A stretch of 64,000 nucleotides of DNA, from positions 24,539 through 88,538 of the forward strand of contig JBAWAP010000323.1 in NCBI GenBank assembly GCA_049589355.1, read 5' to 3'. The position numbers and the translations under genes were made by a program. The stretch comes from Anaerolineae bacterium (lineage in GTDB: Bacteria; Chloroflexota; Anaerolineae; VGOG01). The first letter of the stretch is position 1, and each line of letters begins with the position of its first letter. This document shows, piece by piece, positions 54,893 through 62,056 of this stretch. The notes below the pieces were generated by a model. It did not search any database. It saw only the letters and a program-made list of their open reading frames with translations, and was not told the DNA's origin.

Positions 54893-55122
54893 ACGCCCGC
54901 GATTACTACCTGAGCCTGCAACATGCCATCCACATTGCACCGCACGTGCTCCGTTCAGACGTGCGGTTTGAGGAAATTGATGTCAACGAGTGCTACGTGC
55001 GCGGCATCCTCACGCTGACAGGCGGCTTCGAGCTGCACATTGCAGAATACGTTGTCACCGAGCCGGTCCTGACGCGCCCCAAGTATCGGTATCACTTGCA
55101 TACCTCTGTGTGTGGCACATAG
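54889..55122 (+). CDS. Short toxin-like ORF (resembles DUF6516-type), probably C-terminally truncated
   Basis: LNARDYYLSLQHAI...RPKYRYHLH and then a premature-looking stop. Family recall is uncertain. Confidence 0.35.
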   Translation: MNARDYYLSLQHAIHIAPHVLRSDVRFEEIDVNECYVRGILTLTGGFELHIAEYVVTEPVLTRPKYRYHLHTSVCGT

Positions 55123-55237
55123 AGATCCTGGTTGGTCCACCGCAGGTGTTGATGGCAAGGTCAACTGGAGAATTTCGCGCCCCTGGCCGAATGGCACGGC
55201 TATGGATGTTACGGTCATGTATCTGTGAAATGGCAGT

Positions 55238-55266
55238 TTGACATGCTTATCTACTGGGGGTATAAT
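55238..55266 (+). promoter_or_regulatory. sigma70-type promoter (TTGACA-17 nt-TATAAT)
   Basis: Perfect hexamers, 50 nt upstream of the HTH gene. Confidence 0.65.
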
Positions 55267-55316
55267 GTAACCAATTCTGTGACTTCACCTTGGAGACTTT
55301 CGCAAGAAGGCATACG

Positions 55317-55640
55317 ATGGGCAAAAACAGAAAACCAACACTTAAAGTCGAAGCATATGGACTGACAAGAGCCCGAGAGGACATTGGACTCACCCCCGCA
55401 GAACTGGCTGAGTTGACCGGCAAGCGAACCCATTACTTTTACATGCTGGAATCCCTGAAGCGATCGCCCAGTTCGGACCTGCAAGATGCCATCCTTGAGC
55501 ATCTCCCTGGGTATGACTGGGATGACCTCTTCAGATTTGTGATTGTGTTGCCAGAGAATCCCCCAACCGATACTCTATACATCGAACTGAGAAACGACGG
55601 CCGGCGGAAGATCTTACTTTCCCGCAAGACCCAAGCGTAG
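55317..55640 (+). CDS. Small HTH (XRE-like) regulator
   Basis: AREDIGLTPAELAELTGKRTHYFYMLE helix-turn-helix. 107 aa. Confidence 0.6.
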   Translation: MGKNRKPTLKVEAYGLTRAREDIGLTPAELAELTGKRTHYFYMLESLKRSPSSDLQDAILEHLPGYDWDDLFRFVIVLPENPPTDTLYIELRNDGRRKILLSRKTQA

Positions 55641-55772
55641 ATCAAAGGTGTCCGGAGCTATCTTGATCGCGAGCGCCTGATCACCGTCCCGATCCACCTC
55701 CAAACTCTGGAACCCAGGGGGATATATGTTGGAAAGCAACGGTAGAAACATGGCGCAGGCCGGAACAAGCTG

Positions 55773-58700
55773 ATGATCGTCAACAATCATCAACTCTTCT
55801 CCCATACCTACCTCGCACGGCTGCAAGCCGATCCCACACACGACGAAGCGGCCGCGCCCATAGGCCAAGGGTTGCGTGACTGGATGCCCTTCCGCGATAC
55901 CTCCTCGCTCCGGTCGCTGATTGATTCCTGGGTCGGCCCGGTGCTCGACTTCCTGAAGTTCCACCACGTGCTGGCTGATGACTCTCCCCACATTTGCCTG
56001 CTCTACACACGCCGGGGCGATGAAACGCCTGTCGGCCTATGCTACGTCGTCCCACCTGGCCAAGATGGTTCGACAGGCTCACCACGTGGCTTGAATGACA
56101 CAACCAAAGGCCAACATCCGATGGCCCAAGCGGTCCTAGCTCTGCGCACTCGCGACCTGCGCTGGGGGATGCTGACTGACGGCGCGCGCTGGCGGCTGGT
56201 TGACGCCCAGGCCCTGCGCCGCTACGAGCATTACGTCGAGGTGGACCTGGACGAACTAGCCCGCAGCGACGACCCCACACCCTTGCGCCTCTTCTACGCT
56301 TTCTTCCACCGCAGCGCCTTCACGCCCGCTCATTCCCCCGCCAGCGGGGGGACCGAGGGGGGTGGTGAGAGCGGGCTGGATCGGCTGGTGGCGGCCTCGA
56401 TCCGAGCGACGAAGGCGGCTGAGGATCACCTCAAGGCGCGGGTCAGCCACAACGAGGGCATCATGGCCCAACTGTGCCTGGGGCTGGTGCGTGCCGATGG
56501 GCGAACTTGCTACACCGACACAGAACGGGACGCTATCTACCGCGACGCCACCTATCTCCTCTACCGCATACTTTTCATCCTCTATGCCGAAGCCCGGGGC
56601 CTCTTGCCGGTGAACAACCTGGCCTACCGCGCCGTGAGTCTGGCCGAGTTAGTCAAGACCGCCCACGACTACAAGTTGCGTGGGATGCCCGACCCTCAGG
56701 CGACGATGCTGTGGGAACGGCTGAAGCGGCTATGCAATGCCATCTACGAGAGCGACCCGGTGCTGGGCATTCCCGCTTATAACGGCGGCCTCTTCGACGA
56801 TGCTGACAAGCCTTACCTGCGTGACGGCCACATCGCCGATATGTATCTCACCGAGGCCCTCTTCGACCTGGCCTACATGCCCGACAAGGTGCCAGGCACT
56901 TCCGAAGTGCCTGGCACCTCCTACCGCCCCATTGACTACCGCGACCTCTCCGTGCGCCACATGGGCAGCCTCTATGAGGGGATGATCGAGTACAAGCTTC
57001 ACATCGCCGAGGAGACGCTGTGGGCGCGGCGGGACGGCAAGGGCAACGTGCGCTTTCTGCGCAGCGGCCAGGACGGGGCACCCCGCAAGACCGATGTGGA
57101 GATCGAGCCGGGCCAGGTCTACTTCTCCCAGAGCCCCGGCGAGCGACGCGCCACCGGCACCTACTACACCCCGGAGTACATCGTGGACTACATCGTGCGC
57201 CAGACGGTGGTGCGGGGGCTGGAGGAACGACGCGCTCCACTGGAGGAGAAGCTGGCCGGCTGGCTGGAGGAGATCGCCGTCACGACCGACCCCGCCGAGC
57301 GGGCTCGGATGCAGCGCACTGCTGACGAGGAACTGCTGCGCTTCGTCAAGGAGCAGGTGCTCACTTTCCGTGTCTGCGACATAGGAATGGGCAGTGGTCA
57401 CTTCCTGGTCAACTCGGCCCATCAGATCGCCAACTCTATCATGGAAACCCTGCACCTGACCCCGTGGGGGCCTGTCCTGAGCGGAGTCGAAGGAAACGAC
57501 GCGGTTGACGCCGACCCGGCAACCTGGCGGCGGCAGGTAGTGGAGCGCTGTCTGTACGGGGTGGACCTGAGCTTGATGGCCGTGGAGCTAGCCAAGCTGA
57601 GCCTGTGGCTGGCCAGCGTGGCCGAGGGCAAACCCCTGTCTTTCTTGGATCACCACCTGCGTCAAGGCAACAGCCTCATCGGTGCCCGGCTGGAGGACCT
57701 GGCCGAGGTCCTGGCGGGCGTGGCTTCCACTCGTCCGTCGCGCCAGGAGCGCAAAGCACGGGAAGCAGGGCAACTTTCAATGCTAGATGACCCGGCTTTC
57801 AGCCAACACGTAACGGCAGCGACTGATCTGTTGGCTCAGATCTCGGCCCGGGTGGTTGAGAGAGTGGAGGACATCAAGGCCCAGGAGGCCGACTATGAAC
57901 AGGTGCGCGCTGAGTTGGAGCCCTACCGGCGGCTGGCCGATCTTTGGACTGCGCGTCACTTCGGTGTGGATGTGGATGAGCAGCAGTTGAGAGCCATTTC
58001 CAGGTACCTGGTCAACGGCGCTGTCAGTCCAGTGCCAGAATACGAGCGAATTCTAACACGGACTCAAGAACTAGCCCACGACCGAAGCTTCTTCCACTGG
58101 GAACTCGAATTTCCCACGGTCTTCCTCGATCAGTCTGATCAGCTACTGGAAGACAGAGCAGGGTTTGATGCAGTGGTTGGAAATCCACCTTATTCGTTAG
58201 ATCTGACTCAACAGGAGAAACACTACTTCAAGAAAACGTATCCCAGTCTGTTCTTCAAGATAAACCTCTTTGCCGCATTTGTTGAGAGAGGACTAGAACT
58301 GTCGAGAAGCCCCACCGGATGCTTGTCGTTGATCATCCCTAATCTGTTACTTGGCAACAGATCGTTGAGAGACTTGCGTGTGAAACTGGCGACTGACAAT
58401 ACCATTCGCGCCCTGCACAACCTTGGCGATGGTGTTTTTGAGGAAGCCGAAGTGCCCACGCTAGTATTTGTTGTGCAAAAGCAGCTCCCTCTGCCAGACC
58501 ACGAAGTTGTTGTTGGTTCTGGGGCATTGACTGGTGGAAACCTGGATGCTCAGCGCATTCGTCAGAGCTCGATTCTAGTTACACAAGAGCAGGTGTTTAA
58601 TCTGTCGTCAACGCGTGAGATAGACATCATCACCCGCCTCATGGCGAGATGCGACTTGTTCCAAGATCATCTTGACATTCATCAGGGCGTGATTACCGGT

Positions 58701-59888
58701 GATGACTCTCGTTTCCTTGCTGATGCGCCTAGAGGATCACATTGGAAACCAACTCTCACTGGCAAAGACATCGACCGTTACATAACGGACTACCCCACTC
58801 TGTACGTTGACTACCAGCCTGCTTTGCTTGCGGCGCCAAGGGAAATTGCTATCTTCGATGTTCCCGAAAAGCTATTGATGCGACGCACTGGAGACAGACC
58901 ACTAGCGTCTTACGACGACCGACAGACCTTTAATCTTCATACTTTGTACTCCATTCGTAAAGAGAATAGCTCACTCCTCAGCTTGAAATACTGTCTTGCA
59001 CTCATAAATTCCTCTCTGATGGCTTGGATTTACAAGACACTCTTGCCTACTGAAATTGGTCGCACTTTCGCGGAAATCAAGATAGTACACATTCGGCAAC
59101 TTCCCATCAGCCGCATTGCCTTCACCACGCCTCTTAATGAGCGCACGGTACTGGTACAGGAAAGTGTTGCGCTTTACATCGCAGGTAAGCAAGAAGCGTT
59201 GCTTGCGTCTGTGTCAGAGTGGCTCACAACCCAACCAGGGCGAGCCGACGTTGTCCACGACCTGCTGGCTCACCTGGCGCAGCAGATGATTGACCTCAAC
59301 AAAGAGCGCCAGCGATTGGAGCGTGAGGCCAACCTGTTCCGCTTCGTGGATCGCGATACGTCCTGCGTGAAGCTGGATGAGGCCCTGGGCGGGCCGTTGG
59401 GTGCCGGCGAAATGGTAGGCAATTTATCTGCCGTCCACCACAACATTGAGGGCTTGCGCCTCACACAAGAGGATAATGGCCGCTGGCTCCTGGAGGTGCG
59501 GGCCAAGCTACGCGACCCGGAGAGCGACTGGCGGGAGCATCAGCGCGATAAGGAAGGCAACTTCATCCGTCAGTGGCTGCCGGCCTACCGCCTGCCGCTG
59601 GACAAGGCGACCGGCCGCTTCTATCACTACGCCTTTGCCCACTTGGGCGGCTTCGCCGGGGCCGGCAAGTTCCCCGGCGGCTCCACCCGCACCACGCTGG
59701 AGAAGCTCAAGGCGACGAAGGTGCCTAAGCTCGTGTCGGTGGACTTGGCCCCACTGACCGTGCTAGACGCCGAACTGACCGAGGTGCGCCGCAAGATCCG
59801 CCTCACCGATGACTTGATTGACCAGATCGTGTACAGGCTCTATGGGCTAACCGAGGAGGAGATTGCGATTGTGGAGGGGCGGGGGTGA
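55773..59888 (+). CDS. Large type IIG / PglX-like N6-adenine DNA methyltransferase
   Basis: GTYYTPEYIVDYIV, DIGMGSGHFL (motif I), VVGNPPYS (motif IV), N-terminal LTDGARWRLV. The C-terminal YRLYGLTEEEIAIVEG is typical of Eco57I/TaqI-like enzymes. 1371 aa. Confidence 0.85.
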   Translation: MIVNNHQLFSHTYLARLQADPTHDEAAAPIGQGLRDWMPFRDTSSLRSLIDSWVGPVLDFLKFHHVLADDSPHICLLYTRRGDETPVGLCYVVPPGQDGSTGSPRGLNDTTKGQHPMAQAVLALRTRDLRWGMLTDGARWRLVDAQALRRYEHYVEVDLDELARSDDPTPLRLFYAFFHRSAFTPAHSPASGGTEGGGESGLDRLVAASIRATKAAEDHLKARVSHNEGIMAQLCLGLVRADGRTCYTDTERDAIYRDATYLLYRILFILYAEARGLLPVNNLAYRAVSLAELVKTAHDYKLRGMPDPQATMLWERLKRLCNAIYESDPVLGIPAYNGGLFDDADKPYLRDGHIADMYLTEALFDLAYMPDKVPGTSEVPGTSYRPIDYRDLSVRHMGSLYEGMIEYKLHIAEETLWARRDGKGNVRFLRSGQDGAPRKTDVEIEPGQVYFSQSPGERRATGTYYTPEYIVDYIVRQTVVRGLEERRAPLEEKLAGWLEEIAVTTDPAERARMQRTADEELLRFVKEQVLTFRVCDIGMGSGHFLVNSAHQIANSIMETLHLTPWGPVLSGVEGNDAVDADPATWRRQVVERCLYGVDLSLMAVELAKLSLWLASVAEGKPLSFLDHHLRQGNSLIGARLEDLAEVLAGVASTRPSRQERKAREAGQLSMLDDPAFSQHVTAATDLLAQISARVVERVEDIKAQEADYEQVRAELEPYRRLADLWTARHFGVDVDEQQLRAISRYLVNGAVSPVPEYERILTRTQELAHDRSFFHWELEFPTVFLDQSDQLLEDRAGFDAVVGNPPYSLDLTQQEKHYFKKTYPSLFFKINLFAAFVERGLELSRSPTGCLSLIIPNLLLGNRSLRDLRVKLATDNTIRALHNLGDGVFEEAEVPTLVFVVQKQLPLPDHEVVVGSGALTGGNLDAQRIRQSSILVTQEQVFNLSSTREIDIITRLMARCDLFQDHLDIHQGVITGDDSRFLADAPRGSHWKPTLTGKDIDRYITDYPTLYVDYQPALLAAPREIAIFDVPEKLLMRRTGDRPLASYDDRQTFNLHTLYSIRKENSSLLSLKYCLALINSSLMAWIYKTLLPTEIGRTFAEIKIVHIRQLPISRIAFTTPLNERTVLVQESVALYIAGKQEALLASVSEWLTTQPGRADVVHDLLAHLAQQMIDLNKERQRLEREANLFRFVDRDTSCVKLDEALGGPLGAGEMVGNLSAVHHNIEGLRLTQEDNGRWLLEVRAKLRDPESDWREHQRDKEGNFIRQWLPAYRLPLDKATGRFYHYAFAHLGGFAGAGKFPGGSTRTTLEKLKATKVPKLVSVDLAPLTVLDAELTEVRRKIRLTDDLIDQIVYRLYGLTEEEIAIVEGRG

Positions 59889-60092
59889 AACATTCCCTAT
59901 CTTCGAAGACCCACTGATTTGAATGGTGACCATGACAAAGTCTTCCGTGGTGCCCATATATTGTGGTATCCTCGGCCATGAATACAACATATAGTATGCA
60001 CGAGAAATTCTGTCATCCTTGGACTCCAAATCAGTGGTAGTCTGATCTTGTAAGTCTATTAACGCGTAAGTGTTCGTCCCAAGGAGAAAGCT

Positions 60093-61931
60093 ATGAATCT
60101 ACCCAGTGAAGGGGATCTTTTCACCCCGAAATCGGCAATCCTGGATAGCCTATTACCTGACATTTGCCGGCACAAGATTGCCCTGCCTGAATTCCAACGT
60201 CCATGGGTTTGGGAACCAGAGATGGTACGCGACCTACTGATCTCTGTTGCCTACCGTTACCCAGCAGGTAGTTTGCTGACCATGCCTGTCAGTGGAGACA
60301 GCTTCGCTCTGCGCCCTTTTGAAGGGTGTAGTGACAAGCTGCGAGACAAGCCGAACCTAGTCATCCTGGACGGTCAACAACGACTGACTAGCCTCTACCA
60401 GTCTCTTTATTGGCGAGATGGAGTTCACTATAAACAGCACAAGTACTACTTTTATCTGGATGTAGCAATATTGATGGCCGACCGGGATGGCATAGACGTG
60501 GGCGATCCGTATTTTGACCAGGCACTGTTCTACGTGCGAGAAGAGAAGAATGGCCGCCGGGTGCGTTACGACGGCCTGCGGCCGATGTACGAGTTGACGA
60601 CTGCTGAGGACGAACTTCGAGCCGGCGCGTTGCCCCTCGGCTGCATCTTTGATAATGATGCACTGACCAAGTGGAAAGAGGAGTACCTCTATCGCCAAAC
60701 GACCGATTTGGCGCGTTACCGGGAACTCAATCGGGAATGGGACCGACTTGTACATGCATGGATAACCCGTATCCGCACGTACCGCTTTCCGGTTGTGGAA
60801 CTGGACGATTCCATGCCCCTGGGAGCGATATGTCACATTTTCGAGAAACTCAACAGTACGGGTGTTCCTTTGGATGTCTTTGACCTTTGCAACGCTATCC
60901 TTTGGGCACAGGGCTTCCATCTCAACCATCGCTGGGCTGCCACAGAAAAGGAACTGAAGGAAGCCCTGCCCATGCAACCGCTTTCCGGCACTTATTTCTT
61001 GCAGGGTTTGTCTCTGCTTGACTCTATGGACCGCAAAAGAGCCAATCCAGACCGGGAGATTGCGGTCACTTGCCGCAAGCAAGACCTCATGGCTATGAAG
61101 CGCGAAACGGTTGAAAAATGGTGGGATCCCCTTGTAAAAGGCTACGGGGAAGCTGCCAAATTCATGGCCGACCAGGGTATCATAGCCACACGCATTCTGC
61201 CTTACTCCACGTTGATTACCCCGCTCTCGGCTGTTTTCGCCGATCTGATACGGCACAAAGGCACTGCCCATATAGGCGCTACGTGGCCACAAATTGAGCG
61301 CTGGTACTGGTGCAGCGTATTCAGCCAGCGGTATAGCAGCCAGATTGAGACTGCCTCAGCCCGGGATTTTGAGCATGTCCTCAACTGGATTGACGGCGGG
61401 GAACCTCCCGATGTTGTGCGCACCTTTGGCTTTCGCTCCGACGCCCTGCAAGAGATCACCTCTATCCGCAACGCCATCTACAAAGGAGTGCTCTGCTTGC
61501 TGACGCGCGGGGGGGCCAAAGACTTTGGCGGCGGAGGTAAACTCTCAACGCACCTCTTCTACGCGACCAACCAGGATCACCACCACATTTTCCCCACCAA
61601 TGCACTCAAGCGACTGGGTATTCAAGACCGACGTGTTGACACTATCGTCAACAAAACACTGATCAATTACGCAGTCAACCGCAGCATTGGTGGCAGACTA
61701 CCCTCCGAGTACGTGAGAGATTGGCGGGGTAGGTTAGGCGCTGCCCTTTTCGACAGCATTTTGGAGACGCATAGGGTTGATTCCGCTTCCTTGAGCAATG
61801 ATAACTGGGAACGTTACTTGCTCGATCGGCGGGAGAAGCTTCGGCAACTGATTGCCTCAGCCTGTGGTGGCAATATCCAACCCTTCTCTGACATTGCTGA
61901 CCTTGAGGTTGAGGATAACGAAGAAGTGTGA
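60093..61931 (+). CDS. DUF262/DUF1524 (GmrSD-like) type IV restriction-type protein
   Basis: DGQQRLTSL (DUF262) at the N-terminus. HHIFP...VNKTLINYAVNRSIG (His-Me/DUF1524-like) at the C-terminus. 612 aa, with lower GC than the flanks. Confidence 0.8.
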   Translation: MNLPSEGDLFTPKSAILDSLLPDICRHKIALPEFQRPWVWEPEMVRDLLISVAYRYPAGSLLTMPVSGDSFALRPFEGCSDKLRDKPNLVILDGQQRLTSLYQSLYWRDGVHYKQHKYYFYLDVAILMADRDGIDVGDPYFDQALFYVREEKNGRRVRYDGLRPMYELTTAEDELRAGALPLGCIFDNDALTKWKEEYLYRQTTDLARYRELNREWDRLVHAWITRIRTYRFPVVELDDSMPLGAICHIFEKLNSTGVPLDVFDLCNAILWAQGFHLNHRWAATEKELKEALPMQPLSGTYFLQGLSLLDSMDRKRANPDREIAVTCRKQDLMAMKRETVEKWWDPLVKGYGEAAKFMADQGIIATRILPYSTLITPLSAVFADLIRHKGTAHIGATWPQIERWYWCSVFSQRYSSQIETASARDFEHVLNWIDGGEPPDVVRTFGFRSDALQEITSIRNAIYKGVLCLLTRGGAKDFGGGGKLSTHLFYATNQDHHHIFPTNALKRLGIQDRRVDTIVNKTLINYAVNRSIGGRLPSEYVRDWRGRLGAALFDSILETHRVDSASLSNDNWERYLLDRREKLRQLIASACGGNIQPFSDIADLEVEDNEEV

Positions 61932-61945
61932 AATGGCAGGAAGAA

Positions 61946-62056
61946 GACCTGACTGACCAGATCGTGTACAGGCTCTATGGGCTGACGGAGGAGGAGATCG
62001 CGATTGTGGAGGGGCGGGCGCCAGGGTCATACCCAGAAGAGGAACGATCAGAATGA
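61946..62056 (+). pseudogene. Relic 3' end of the methyltransferase gene
   Basis: 61955-62018 matches 59820-59883 (3 mismatches in 64 nt). In-frame DQIVYRLYGLTEEEIAIVEGRAPGSYPEEERSE*, whose TGA overlaps ATG 62053 of the next gene. Confidence 0.85.

Noticed and set aside
55773-59888. The large methyltransferase as the PglX component of a BREX system.
   Set aside because: The motifs are PglX/type IIG-like, but no brxA/B/C, pglZ or brxL homologs are present in the flanking 8 kb on either side, so a BREX call is unsupported.
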